DNA of 64,000 nucleotides, taken from positions 150,618 through 214,617 of IMG/VR virus record IMGVR_UViG_3300008110_000030, one strand, 5' to 3'. Below the pieces are notes generated by a model. The model did no database searches. It had not been told where the DNA came from and worked only from the letters and a program-made list of their open reading frames with translations. The translations under genes were made by a program, and so were the position numbers. Positions 22,120-32,208 of this stretch are shown in pieces. The first letter of the stretch is position 1, and each line of letters opens with the position of its first letter.

Positions 22120-23888
22120 TATATTGGTCCATCCCTTCCTGTTTTTTCAGGCTTATAAGCCGTTGGGTTAATATTTTCATGATCGTCCCATGGTTCATGT
22201 GTTGGAACACGACGCATTATACTACTAATCTTAGTGCCAGCATAAAAATTATTATTTTCCCAACCCTTTTGCATGTCACTGGTTGCGTTCTTATCAGCAG
22301 TTCTTCCTGAAAGAGAAAATCTATCCAGCGTGACCACACTGGTTGCCGCCTCTGGCAGTATTGATAGCGCATCTAAAGCAAATGCTAAATCAGTTGCGGC
22401 AGAAGGAGATATTGGGGCAGGCGTTGGACCGTTCATATCTATCAACGTAGCTCTTTCAATGTGACTGCCAATTGCGGTGAACACGTTTGCTCCGCCAGCG
22501 TTAATAAAGTTACCACCAACAGTGTCCACGTTAAAAGATCCTGCTGTCTTAAATGTTGTACTTGCACCAGAAATAAAATTAGTTGCTACTCCTGATTTTA
22601 CATCAAACTCGGTGAGTGTCTGCATCTTAAGTTCAGTCGTTGCATACATGTTGATATTACCAAGTACTGAATATAAATCAATGCCTGATAATGGTCCAGC
22701 TTGTGTTGGATTAGTACTTGCGCCAGTTGAAGTTAAACGAACACGTCCTAGCGCACTAGCATTGAAGTGATTAGCCGCTGTCCAGTTACAATCTAATCCA
22801 GCAAACCCTTCAATCAATCCTGATGCTTCAAAATGCATAGAGCCTTGTGCCGCAACTATGTTAACATTACTGCCTGCCTCAAAGTTGATATCTCTGTCAG
22901 CTCTAAAATTAAAATCATTTTCACTGTGTATGCTTATACTATCGGCAGCATAGATATCAATTTTTCCATCACTAGTAAATTCTAACCAAGCAGTTCCTCT
23001 ACTATTACAAATGTAAATTAAATCACTAGAATTGTGTAAAAGTATTTGATGTCCAGTACGGGTTCTAAGTCTAACTAACTCGTCAATAATACCTTCTTTT
23101 TTAGTTTTTTCATCTTTACCAATGTATCCGTCATCCATTACAAACTGTGTTCCGCCTTCACGTTCAACGTAGGCGGGTATTGGATCTTTTTCAGTTCCAA
23201 ATCGATACTGTTTACCACCCACTACAACAGGTCCTGGTGTTGAAATTCCGTATACATTGCTGATTGTACTGCGTCTTGCACTGCTAGTTGTTGTTCCTCT
23301 TATAGGATCTTTTAATAAACCTTGTGTAGCAAGTCGAAGTGTAAAAGGATGCATAGCCTTTTTTACAATATCAGGCTTAGAATTGTCTCTACCTTGAACA
23401 CGTTTGTTAACTTCAACTACAGGAACGATTGCGGTGTCACTAGTAAAACCTAACTTAGTTTTTTCTTGTGGCGTTAATTCTGCGTACTGACTTGCGGCAA
23501 TGCCTGGAACCATTTGATTAACGCCTGGCTCAGGAACACATGCTAGCCAAAAACATTGTTCCCTGTCACCTTCAATAAAAATAATAATGACCTTTGTACC
23601 AATGTCTGGCGGCACAAACCACATGCCATAACTTTGTTGTGAGCTTGAAGCGTTACGTAGATTTCCATCTGTTGCTTCATACGCAGTATAGCCAAAAAAG
23701 TGTGGGGCATATCTAGGATACACCCTAACAGAGTCTGCTATTTCTTGGCCGGCTCCACCTTTTCGCAAAATCACACACTCTAATGTTCCCATTCGAGTAC
23801 TATCATTGTGACCTACTACACGAGCAATATATGGTCCATTACTTAAACCAGATATTGAAGGTTGTTGCGTACTATTTTTTAGTTCCAT
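22119..23888 (-). CDS. gp5: Baseplate central spike, gp5/VgrG-like (OB fold plus beta-helix), no lysozyme domain seen
   Basis: GPYIARVVGHND...YGMWFVPPDIGTKVIIIFIEGD (OB fold), RLRTRTGHQILLHNS and beta-helix repeats. Confidence 0.8.
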   Translation of the reverse strand: MELKNSTQQPSISGLSNGPYIARVVGHNDSTRMGTLECVILRKGGAGQEIADSVRVYPRYAPHFFGYTAYEATDGNLRNASSSQQSYGMWFVPPDIGTKVIIIFIEGDREQCFWLACVPEPGVNQMVPGIAASQYAELTPQEKTKLGFTSDTAIVPVVEVNKRVQGRDNSKPDIVKKAMHPFTLRLATQGLLKDPIRGTTTSSARRSTISNVYGISTPGPVVVGGKQYRFGTEKDPIPAYVEREGGTQFVMDDGYIGKDEKTKKEGIIDELVRLRTRTGHQILLHNSSDLIYICNSRGTAWLEFTSDGKIDIYAADSISIHSENDFNFRADRDINFEAGSNVNIVAAQGSMHFEASGLIEGFAGLDCNWTAANHFNASALGRVRLTSTGASTNPTQAGPLSGIDLYSVLGNINMYATTELKMQTLTEFDVKSGVATNFISGASTTFKTAGSFNVDTVGGNFINAGGANVFTAIGSHIERATLIDMNGPTPAPISPSAATDLAFALDALSILPEAATSVVTLDRFSLSGRTADKNATSDMQKGWENNNFYAGTKISSIMRRVPTHEPWDDHENINPTAYKPEKTGRDGPI

Positions 23889-25003
23889 TATCTACCACTT
23901 TCTCCTGGAGCACACAGCAAGTCATCTAACGGACTAGGTCTTGGTATAAATCCTGCTCTAGATAAATCTTTGTTCAGTACTGTGATGTCATTTGCAACTT
24001 TATTACTTGCAGAAATTAACTGATCCTGAACTTGTCTTGTAGCAGAATTATTTGAAGTTTGAGTTGGAAAGTTTACCACATTCAAACCTGAGTCAAGTTC
24101 AACTGCTGGTATTCCTGCCGTAAACAAATTATAAGGATCATATCCTCCTAATAAATTTTGTACTTGGTCTTCTGTTAATGCTAGGTCTGGATTTCCTCCT
24201 GGGCCGACATCAAGTGCAAATGTTGGAACATTCAAATTAATTTTAGACGTAAACCCATTAGGAGTAGTAATTGTCTGTGGCTGTACTTGCACATCAATTG
24301 GTTCTTGATTTAACAACGACAACGGTGGTCTTCCTGAATAGAATGCAGGACTACATCCAGGTATGAATGGAATAAACGGTAACAATATTGGTGGTGGGAA
24401 TTTAAATTTCAAATACTCAACCAATCTTTTTATGTACTCAGCCAACGGATTGTAAATTATTAAATTTAATCCTAAAATTTTATTAATGGCATCTCTTGCC
24501 GCAATCAGTGCTTTCTTAATTGGTTCAGGAAACGGTATCCAACCTTGTCTAATAATTTTTGCTAGGAGTGCCGCAGCCAGTAAAGGATTCTTTAAAACAC
24601 ACTGTATTAAATTTTGTATACTAGTAACTGCTGATTCAACATAATTTTTAATTGCCTGTATCTTGCCTTTTAAAATTTGTACTAGTATATTAACTCCTTG
24701 ACTTGCTCCAAAAAGTGTTGCCAATGTCACGCCTGGATCAATTGTGATGGTTTTTAATTGTGGTGCTGGTTCTGGTCTGTCTGTTTCTAAACCAAATATT
24801 CCTAATATGCCTTGTATAATTGCCGCAACTTGCGCCAACTGCGGCACAATTGCTGCCGCGCCGTTAACGTTAATTGCAAAGTTGCCATCTGCTTGTATAG
24901 AAAAATTTAAAAATTTTCCAACGTTAGCTCGTTGATATGATGCAGAATATAATGATGCACGATCATCAACTCTCCATTCAAATAATTTATTTGGACCTAC
25001 CAT
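23888..25003 (-). CDS. Hypothetical 371-aa protein with hydrophobic/amphipathic helices, within the baseplate operon
   Basis: SD-like AGGA upstream; stop overlaps the gp5 start (TAATG); no recognised family. Confidence 0.65.
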   Translation of the reverse strand: MVGPNKLFEWRVDDRASLYSASYQRANVGKFLNFSIQADGNFAINVNGAAAIVPQLAQVAAIIQGILGIFGLETDRPEPAPQLKTITIDPGVTLATLFGASQGVNILVQILKGKIQAIKNYVESAVTSIQNLIQCVLKNPLLAAALLAKIIRQGWIPFPEPIKKALIAARDAINKILGLNLIIYNPLAEYIKRLVEYLKFKFPPPILLPFIPFIPGCSPAFYSGRPPLSLLNQEPIDVQVQPQTITTPNGFTSKINLNVPTFALDVGPGGNPDLALTEDQVQNLLGGYDPYNLFTAGIPAVELDSGLNVVNFPTQTSNNSATRQVQDQLISASNKVANDITVLNKDLSRAGFIPRPSPLDDLLCAPGESGR

Positions 25004-25012
25004 TGTATTTCC

Positions 25013-27025
25013 TTATATTGTCAAGTTAATTTGGTTCAACGTGAACCTATCTGTAAAAGACTGTATTTTTTGTGATGCAGCCAAGTCTTGTGAAACGTTC
25101 CTTGTACCAATTAATTTTTGTTTAAAGATTCCATTTGAAAAAGTACTTTCTACTTCTCTCACAGTGTAGTATGCACTTAATCTTGATAGAGCCTTGTCTT
25201 CGTTGGCTTCTCCCGATGTTAAAAATCCTTGAGAATTAAAATCTTTTGGTGCGTAAGCAATAACTCGCAAAACAGGATCTACTGATCGTAACGCAATTCC
25301 GCCATCAACAGTAAACAATGTGCTTTCACCATCTATTTTGTTTCCATCATCAATGTATTGTGTTCCTAACCACATTGGGTCTCCTAATATTTCCATATTA
25401 AGTTCAACGTTCTCATACGGATTATTCATCAAGGAGTTTATATCTCTTGCCAAAGTAAACAAAGGATCAGGCTGATTAGCACCTTTAACTGCAATCTCTT
25501 GTCTATCACTATTTGGATTTGGTGTTGTATTGCTGGAAATTCCATCAGCAGGGGTTGGAACTAACGTACCAGTAGCGATAGCAACAGGACTAACTACTTT
25601 TTGCTCAGTTTGCTGTCCGCCAGCGGCACCTGGTACGTCTGTACTTACATAATTACCTGTAATAATTTTTGTCCACATTTGATTAAAATTTAAATTGAAA
25701 GACAATATGTCTTTATTTTTACCAGTATACTGCCATTCATATCTTCTAGCAGTCATACCTTCATAATCAGATGCAGGCGGCTTGTATGTTGGAACAAAGA
25801 TTGATGACAGTTTTGTGTAGTGTACTTTCCTAGGAATTATTTGAAATGTTATTATCTTAGGAGTGATATTTCTAGCAGTGTCATGCCGATCATCCGGTTG
25901 ATTTTCTACTTTAGTCACTACTCTCCACCAGTTAATCCATCCGCCTTTATTAAAGTCACCTTGGAATTGAGTTTTAATTTTTTCAGTAACGTATAAACTA
26001 TCTTGAATAATTGCATCAATTATTTTTGTTAAGCCTAAGGACCCTGGTATGGTCAATGTTGCTTTAAGATTTTCAGGTTGTTCTCCTACTTGCACAGTGC
26101 CAGTTATATATGATGTTTTAGTAAATTCTTTATTTGCCGCATCTTTAAAAATGTCAAACATTTGGGCTTTGGCGAACTCACTATTGTCAGTTACGTTTCC
26201 TTTTTCATCATGAAATACAATTTTATATCGATTGAGTTTGTACTTAGTTTTTTCTTCGGCTGATTTTTGTATATTCTCTAATGAAAGTTCTAAGTCTTTT
26301 ATAACTTCCCCAACAGTTACTCCTTGCACATTTATTTCTTGATTTATTTTATTAGAATCGTCATAAGTTCCTGTTTGATTGACTGGAACTCCTTTAATCT
26401 CCCACGTGGTACCTTGCTGTGTTAGCTTGGCTTCCATGTGTGTAATAATCATTGGATAATATCTTGTTGTATAAGGTATTAATTCTGGTTGTGTAGAATC
26501 TTCGTGATATCCAACAAAATCAATTTTTAAAACAAAAGCATTTGATTTGTCAAAATTCTTATATCCTTTAACAGTTAACGCGGTAATAATATTTGTTAAA
26601 AAAGTGTCAAGACTATATGGCTCAACAATTTTTAATCGTATTTCAGTAGTCCAATCTCTTGACTTGCCTACAAAGTTTTTAATATACAAGTCTTCTAAAT
26701 AATAATCATAGTTTGCATTAGCAGATTGATTAAGCGTGTTAATAATATTTTGCAAATTATTAAGTGTTTGAGACTTTGAACCTTTTGGTGCACCGGTTCC
26801 TTTTCCGTGGCTAGAAAATATAACATTAGTAAATCCAGCAGTCTTGTAAGATCCTGATTTTAATTCTTCAGGACTTACTACTGCAAATGTTACTCTATAA
26901 TTAAACGTTCTATAATCATGCAGTATATTTTCTCCTGGATAGGATGCGCTTCTAATTATATTGTTTAAAAGATTGGTGCCAAGCTCTTTTAGTGTTGAAC
27001 CAGTTGTTGCTCGTTGAAGAGACAT
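25013..27025 (-). CDS. Putative baseplate hub protein (gp27-like)
   Basis: Lies between gp53 and gp5; C-terminal LNMEILGDPMWL...YYTVREVESTFSNGIFKQKL is typical of hub proteins. Confidence 0.6.
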   Translation of the reverse strand: MSLQRATTGSTLKELGTNLLNNIIRSASYPGENILHDYRTFNYRVTFAVVSPEELKSGSYKTAGFTNVIFSSHGKGTGAPKGSKSQTLNNLQNIINTLNQSANANYDYYLEDLYIKNFVGKSRDWTTEIRLKIVEPYSLDTFLTNIITALTVKGYKNFDKSNAFVLKIDFVGYHEDSTQPELIPYTTRYYPMIITHMEAKLTQQGTTWEIKGVPVNQTGTYDDSNKINQEINVQGVTVGEVIKDLELSLENIQKSAEEKTKYKLNRYKIVFHDEKGNVTDNSEFAKAQMFDIFKDAANKEFTKTSYITGTVQVGEQPENLKATLTIPGSLGLTKIIDAIIQDSLYVTEKIKTQFQGDFNKGGWINWWRVVTKVENQPDDRHDTARNITPKIITFQIIPRKVHYTKLSSIFVPTYKPPASDYEGMTARRYEWQYTGKNKDILSFNLNFNQMWTKIITGNYVSTDVPGAAGGQQTEQKVVSPVAIATGTLVPTPADGISSNTTPNPNSDRQEIAVKGANQPDPLFTLARDINSLMNNPYENVELNMEILGDPMWLGTQYIDDGNKIDGESTLFTVDGGIALRSVDPVLRVIAYAPKDFNSQGFLTSGEANEDKALSRLSAYYTVREVESTFSNGIFKQKLIGTRNVSQDLAASQKIQSFTDRFTLNQINLTI

Positions 27026-27333
27026 TATGCAACTCCTAAGTCTTTGAACAGTTGTGATCTTTGTGGAATATAAATTTTTATTCCAGCAACTAAATCGTAA
27101 ATTGGATCTTTAATTACTTCAGGGTTCCTCATGGCAAACACCCACCACAACTTAGGATCCCCGTATGCATCATTAGCCAACAAGTCTGGACGATACTCGT
27201 ACTGAGATGGCAGTTCAACCAGTGTATCGTCAAGTGCCATTGTTATTTCCCTTGGTGTCCAAACATCAAGATAAAAATCAGTTAGCTGTGTATTTTTATA
27301 TGGTGAATATTCACCATATTTGTATTCATTCAT
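27025..27333 (-). CDS. gp53: Baseplate wedge protein, gp53-like (LysM-like)
   Basis: YEYRPDLLANDAYGDPKLWWVFAMRNP...IYIP motif. Confidence 0.85.
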   Translation of the reverse strand: MNEYKYGEYSPYKNTQLTDFYLDVWTPREITMALDDTLVELPSQYEYRPDLLANDAYGDPKLWWVFAMRNPEVIKDPIYDLVAGIKIYIPQRSQLFKDLGVA

Positions 27334-28106
27334 TATAGATATCCTCTTCCATCCAACGCTCCAGATATAAACTGGTCCACACTAAAGTTGGACATTTCTC
27401 GTCTACTATAAACAGGAATTAATGTCATTGATATTGTACTTAATGTAGGAACTTTGTTAACTCTATTGCCAAAGTTAAATCCAGTAATATAATCTACATC
27501 ATTGGGTAAGTCAATACTAAATCCACCTACTACCACAGGAATGTTTTCATAAACGTTTGCTCCGTATGCATTAAATCGACAAACTGGAGGTGGTGATCCA
27601 GATAGTGAGTCATTGCCTGTACGCATTTTTGTAATAGCTCTCAAGGCATGCACAGTTGCTAGCCAATAAACTGCTTCTTGTCTATTTTGTACTGGAAATT
27701 GTCCAGACACACTTATGGTTCCAACATCTGTGTTCTGATAAGAATAAACTGCATAATTACTATGTTGTATGGTAGCTGGATTCCAATTTACTTTGGTGTC
27801 TTGTTTTACAGTAGGAGTTACTGGAAAATAAATTCCTGCCCATGCACCTGGATTTGACCCTGTTGGGTTACTATCTAAAACTTGAGTAATAGATCCGACA
27901 GGCCAATACTGATTAGGAATTTTCAAATATACTCTACTTTCTAAACTCGCTTGTCTTTCTTGGGAGGTAAAACTAACTTTGACCGTAGAGTTCAACACCT
28001 TATCTGCCGCGGCAGTCCTAATAATAGACTGTCCGTTAGTAAGTTGTCCGGAACCCCATATTTCCTGGGCCGATGCCGCAAGATTAGTAAAACTGAAATC
28101 ACTCAT
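27333..28106 (-). CDS. Tail-tube initiator/baseplate protein (gp48/gp54-like)
   Basis: IYFPVTPTV...ISVSGQF...GSPPPVCRFNAYG...NIPVVVGGFSIDLP pattern of tube-fold initiators; first gene of the operon. Confidence 0.6.
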   Translation of the reverse strand: MSDFSFTNLAASAQEIWGSGQLTNGQSIIRTAAADKVLNSTVKVSFTSQERQASLESRVYLKIPNQYWPVGSITQVLDSNPTGSNPGAWAGIYFPVTPTVKQDTKVNWNPATIQHSNYAVYSYQNTDVGTISVSGQFPVQNRQEAVYWLATVHALRAITKMRTGNDSLSGSPPPVCRFNAYGANVYENIPVVVGGFSIDLPNDVDYITGFNFGNRVNKVPTLSTISMTLIPVYSRREMSNFSVDQFISGALDGRGYL

Positions 28107-28124
28107 TTGAATATTCTCCCTACA

Positions 28125-28132
28125 TATTTATT
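28125..28132 (-). promoter_or_regulatory. Late promoter motif AATAAATA driving the baseplate operon
   Basis: Upstream of SD GGAG and ATG 28106; overlaps the -35 box of the divergent sigma70 promoter by 1 bp. Confidence 0.65.
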
Positions 28133-28160
28133 TGACAAAATTATGTAGGTAGTTTATAAT
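28132..28160 (+). promoter_or_regulatory. Consensus sigma70 promoter TTGACA-N17-TATAAT
   Basis: TTGACA 28132-28137, TATAAT 28155-28160, 17-bp spacer, SD AGGAG 28170-28174 before gp55. Confidence 0.9.
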
Positions 28161-28186
28161 ATAGTTATTAGGAGTCTATAACAATA

Positions 28187-29077
28187 ATGATAATAACGAC
28201 TGTAAAGAGAAACAAATATCTTAACAACAAAGACCTACTGTTACAGATACACAAGAGCAAGAACACATACGGATCATTTATGGGTCCAGAATATGAAGAT
28301 TACGACTTAATTTTACCTTCTGTTGATAAAATCAATGTAAGAACTGTTGCAGAAGCCAAGCGTAATAGGGCCAAACGATTAGGCACTAGGTTATATCAAC
28401 AAAATAAAGCCCAAGGTATTAAGGACGTTAAACTAGTTGACTGCATAATTGATTACAAAAAAGTTCCAAAAACTGATTTAGTTTTTAGAATCATGACTCA
28501 TGAACATGTTCCGCTTGCGCCTGGACGCAAGAAGACGGTAAAAAGCACAGCTGACGCTCATGAAAGATGCAATTTTCCTCCCTATCAACATTGGGCATTC
28601 GATGCTAATGATGTACTGATATGTGTAGGAAAAAGTCATTGGAAGGGTCCTTTACAGACTGGAACGTTTTCCAAAGAACACGGAAGAATTACTGAAGAGC
28701 TTGGCAAAATGTATCTAATGCTAGCTGATAGATATGCTCAAAGAAGCAATTGGCGTGGGTATACGTATGTTGAAGAAATGAAAGGACAGGCTATTCTACA
28801 GCTAAGTCAAATTGGCTTACAGTTTGATGAATCCAAGTCTGAAAATCCATTTGCCTACTACACTGCCGCAGTAACAAATAGCTTTACCCGTGTGCTCAAT
28901 ATTGAGAAACGTATGCAAAATATTCGTGACGATATGTTAGAAGAAAGTGGGTTAACTCCTAGCTTTACAAGACAGAATCAACAAGAATATGCAGAAGAAA
29001 CGGCACGTCAAGCTGCCTTGTATAAGGGAATGCGACAAGCAAAAAGTGAAGATACTCCAGAGGAAGAAGCTGAATGA
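28187..29077 (+). CDS. gp55: Late-transcription sigma factor, gp55-like
   Basis: YLNNKDLL...NWRGYTYVEEM...FDESKSENPFAYYT...NSFTRVLNIEK matches the T4 gp55 pattern; gp55-47-46 gene order. Confidence 0.85.
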   Translation: MIITTVKRNKYLNNKDLLLQIHKSKNTYGSFMGPEYEDYDLILPSVDKINVRTVAEAKRNRAKRLGTRLYQQNKAQGIKDVKLVDCIIDYKKVPKTDLVFRIMTHEHVPLAPGRKKTVKSTADAHERCNFPPYQHWAFDANDVLICVGKSHWKGPLQTGTFSKEHGRITEELGKMYLMLADRYAQRSNWRGYTYVEEMKGQAILQLSQIGLQFDESKSENPFAYYTAAVTNSFTRVLNIEKRMQNIRDDMLEESGLTPSFTRQNQQEYAEETARQAALYKGMRQAKSEDTPEEEAE

Positions 29078-30096
29078 CAAATCTTTTTAAGAAAGCAGCC
29101 TGTTTTACTGATATCCATTTTGGGTTGAAGAGTAATAGTCGTACACACAATGAAGATTGTGCTGATTTTGTTGATTGGTTTATTGCTACTGCTAAGGAAA
29201 AGGGTGCAGAAACTTGCATTTTCTTAGGAGATTGGCATCATAATCGCTCAACAACTGACGTTAGTACAATGAATTATACAGTAAATGCACTAGAAAAACT
29301 TAACAGTGCATTTGATACTGTACACATTATTACAGGCAATCATGATCAATATTATAAGGACAAACGAGATCTACATAGTTTAGAATATGGCAGACTGTTT
29401 CCAAATATCAACATGGTTAATCATGCTTTCACAGAAGGAAATGTTACTATACTTCCCTGGCTAGTGGGCGACGAGTGGAAGAGCATTGAGAAAATCAAAA
29501 GCAAATACATATTTGGGCACTTTGAACTACCGTTGTTTTATATGAACGCTATGGTGCAAATGCCTGACCATGGAGAACTACAGCCCACTCACTTTAAACA
29601 TCAGGACTATGTTTTTAGTGGTCACTTCCATAAAAGACAAAGCAAAGACAAAGTTCATTACATTGGCAATGCATTTCCGCACAACTATGCTGACAGTTGG
29701 GATGACATGCGTGGTATGATGTTGTTGGAATGGGATAAGCCTCCTGAATATATTGATTGGCCTGACTGTCCTAAATATCGTTCTGTAAAATTAAGTAGAC
29801 TTCTTGATGAAAAAGATAGTATAATGAAGGGTAAGATGTACTTACGTGTTACTCTTGACATTGATATTACCTTTGAGGAAGCTAACTTCATCAAAGAAAC
29901 TTTTATGAAAGAGCATGATATTCGAGAACTAAGTTTGATAACAGAGAAGGATAACTTGGAAGGACTAATTGATGAAAACACCGATGTTAAATTTGAAAGT
30001 GTAGATCAAATTGTCGCTGAACAGATTGTTGCCTTAGAGACTGGCACATATAATAACAATACTCTATTAAGCATTTATAACGGACTTCATGTTTAA
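29074..30096 (+). CDS. gp47: Recombination nuclease, Mre11/SbcD-like
   Basis: Metallophosphoesterase motifs DIHFG, GDWHH, GNHD, GHFE, SGHFH. Confidence 0.92.
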   Translation: MTNLFKKAACFTDIHFGLKSNSRTHNEDCADFVDWFIATAKEKGAETCIFLGDWHHNRSTTDVSTMNYTVNALEKLNSAFDTVHIITGNHDQYYKDKRDLHSLEYGRLFPNINMVNHAFTEGNVTILPWLVGDEWKSIEKIKSKYIFGHFELPLFYMNAMVQMPDHGELQPTHFKHQDYVFSGHFHKRQSKDKVHYIGNAFPHNYADSWDDMRGMMLLEWDKPPEYIDWPDCPKYRSVKLSRLLDEKDSIMKGKMYLRVTLDIDITFEEANFIKETFMKEHDIRELSLITEKDNLEGLIDENTDVKFESVDQIVAEQIVALETGTYNNNTLLSIYNGLHV

Positions 30097-31882
30097 ACTA
30101 AAAACAATAACAGTAAAAAACTTTATGAGTGTGGGCAACCAGACTCAAGCCGTGGATTTTGATAAGAATCATTTAACTTTGGTGTTGGGTGAGAACGTAG
30201 ACTTGGGCGGCGATGACAGTGGTAGTCGTAATGGCACTGGAAAAACAACAATCATCAATGCTTTATGCTATGCATTGTATGGCGAAGCGTTGACCAAGAT
30301 CAAAAAAGAAAATCTAATCAACAAGACAAACGGTAAAAATCTAGTTGTCACATGTGAATTTGAAATTAATGGAAGACAATATAAAATTGAAAGAGGTCGA
30401 AGACCAAACTTCTTAAAATTTTATGTTGACCACGTAGAGATCAAAGACGATTCACAAGCAGATGATGACGCACAAGGGGACAGTCGTGAAACGCAAAAGG
30501 CGATTGAATCCTTATTGGGCATGAGTCAAACAATGTTTAAGCACCTAGTGGCCTTAAACACATATACTGAGCCATTTCTAAGTATGCGAGCAAACGATCA
30601 ACGAGAAGTTATCGAGCAATTGCTTGGCATTACATTGTTAAGTGAGAAAGCAGAATTACTTAAAGTTCAAGTAAAAGAAATTAAAGATCAAATTCAAGCA
30701 GAAACTTTTAAAATCGACAGTATAAGGAGTAGTAATGAAAAAGTCCAACAATCAATTGACAGCCTCTCTACTAAAAGTAAAGCATGGGAGTCCAAACGAG
30801 AACAAGATTGCGCCGGCTATCAGTCAGCGATTTCCGAATTGCGCTCTGTTGATATCGAAGGAGAAATTGAAAAACATTCTAGACTCAAGGTGTATAACGA
30901 ACTAACAGCTAAAATTAGTTCCTTAAACAAACAAAAAGCAACACTTGAGACTGCTGTTGGGCAAGCAGAAAAGACTGTTGGGAAGTATACTAGAGAGTTA
31001 GAACAACTTGATAGTAAAAAATGTCCCGCATGTGAACAAGAACTGCATGATCACAAGCATGATGAGATGAAAGAAACTGCTGCCAAGCACTTGACTGATT
31101 CAATATTGTATCAAGACAAAGTGTTAGCAGACCTTAATCTAGTTTTAAAAGAATTATCTGACATTGGCGACATCAATGGAAGACCTTCTACCTATTATGA
31201 TAGTGCAGAACAAGCGTACAATCATAAAAACAATGTTGAAAGTTTGAGCAAAGCACTTGCTGACAAGCAAGTAGAATTAAATCCTTACACTGAACAAGTG
31301 GACGAGTTAAGAAAAACTGCTTTGCAAGAGATTACGTGGGACACAGTTAATGAATTAACAAGTGTCAAAGACCATATGGAGTTCTTACACAAACTGTTAA
31401 CCAGCAAGGATAGCTTTATCCGTAAGAAAATTATTGATCAGAATCTTGCATATCTAAATAAACGCCTTAGTTACTATCTAAATAAAGCAGGACTGCCGCA
31501 TCAAGTTAAGTTTTTAAACGATCTAAACGTCGAGATTACACAGCTCGGGCAGGATTTAGACTTTGATAATCTCAGTAGAGGTGAACGCAATAGACTTATT
31601 TTAAGTCTAAGCTGGGCGTTCCGTGATGTATGGGAAAGTTTATATCATCCAATCAACTTGTTGTTCATTGATGAATTGATTGATGCAGGTATGGACTCTG
31701 CAGGAGTTGAGGGTGCTCTAGCAATCCTTAAAAAGATGGCTAGGGAACGAGATAAAAATATCTATTTGATCAGTCACAAAGATGAACTTGCAGGTCGAGT
31801 AAACAGTATTCTAAGAGTTATTAAAGAAAACGGGTTTACCAGCTACTCAACTGATACAGATGTTATTGAAACACCAGTATAA
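30089..31882 (+). CDS. gp46: Recombination ATPase, Rad50/SbcC-like
   Basis: Walker A NGTGKTT, coiled coil with CPAC zinc hook, LSRGE signature, LLFIDE Walker B, ISH. Confidence 0.93.
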   Translation: MFKLKTITVKNFMSVGNQTQAVDFDKNHLTLVLGENVDLGGDDSGSRNGTGKTTIINALCYALYGEALTKIKKENLINKTNGKNLVVTCEFEINGRQYKIERGRRPNFLKFYVDHVEIKDDSQADDDAQGDSRETQKAIESLLGMSQTMFKHLVALNTYTEPFLSMRANDQREVIEQLLGITLLSEKAELLKVQVKEIKDQIQAETFKIDSIRSSNEKVQQSIDSLSTKSKAWESKREQDCAGYQSAISELRSVDIEGEIEKHSRLKVYNELTAKISSLNKQKATLETAVGQAEKTVGKYTRELEQLDSKKCPACEQELHDHKHDEMKETAAKHLTDSILYQDKVLADLNLVLKELSDIGDINGRPSTYYDSAEQAYNHKNNVESLSKALADKQVELNPYTEQVDELRKTALQEITWDTVNELTSVKDHMEFLHKLLTSKDSFIRKKIIDQNLAYLNKRLSYYLNKAGLPHQVKFLNDLNVEITQLGQDLDFDNLSRGERNRLILSLSWAFRDVWESLYHPINLLFIDELIDAGMDSAGVEGALAILKKMARERDKNIYLISHKDELAGRVNSILRVIKENGFTSYSTDTDVIETPV

Positions 31883-31884
31883 CT

Positions 31885-32133
31885 ATGTTTAAAGAAAAGC
31901 ATGAACGATTTCTAGAACTTATTATTGCATATTACAACTGCAAAGAGAACTGGTTAGAAAACGGCACACGCAATCACACCATTGCGTACCGTAAAGTTCT
32001 GAAAGAATTAAGCAGGTTAACTAAAGAGATGTCTGATATCGTGATGGAAGCACAGCACGATAGATGGCAGGAAAATAAGAAAATGCGTGAAAACGGAGGT
32101 ACTTTTGTTACAAGAAGAAGGCCAAAAGTATAA
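31885..32133 (+). CDS. Small basic helical protein, possible divergent Hc1-like paralog
   Basis: ENWLENGTRNHTIAYRKVLKELSRLTKE parallels EKFVKGNSAAGTRARKALAELAKAVK of the next gene. Confidence 0.55.
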   Translation: MFKEKHERFLELIIAYYNCKENWLENGTRNHTIAYRKVLKELSRLTKEMSDIVMEAQHDRWQENKKMRENGGTFVTRRRPKV

Positions 32134-32208
32134 TAATCAATTTCTTCACAACTACAGCGTATTAGAATTAAGTAATACGCACTTCAGCTTATAAAAAGGA
32201 AAATAAAA

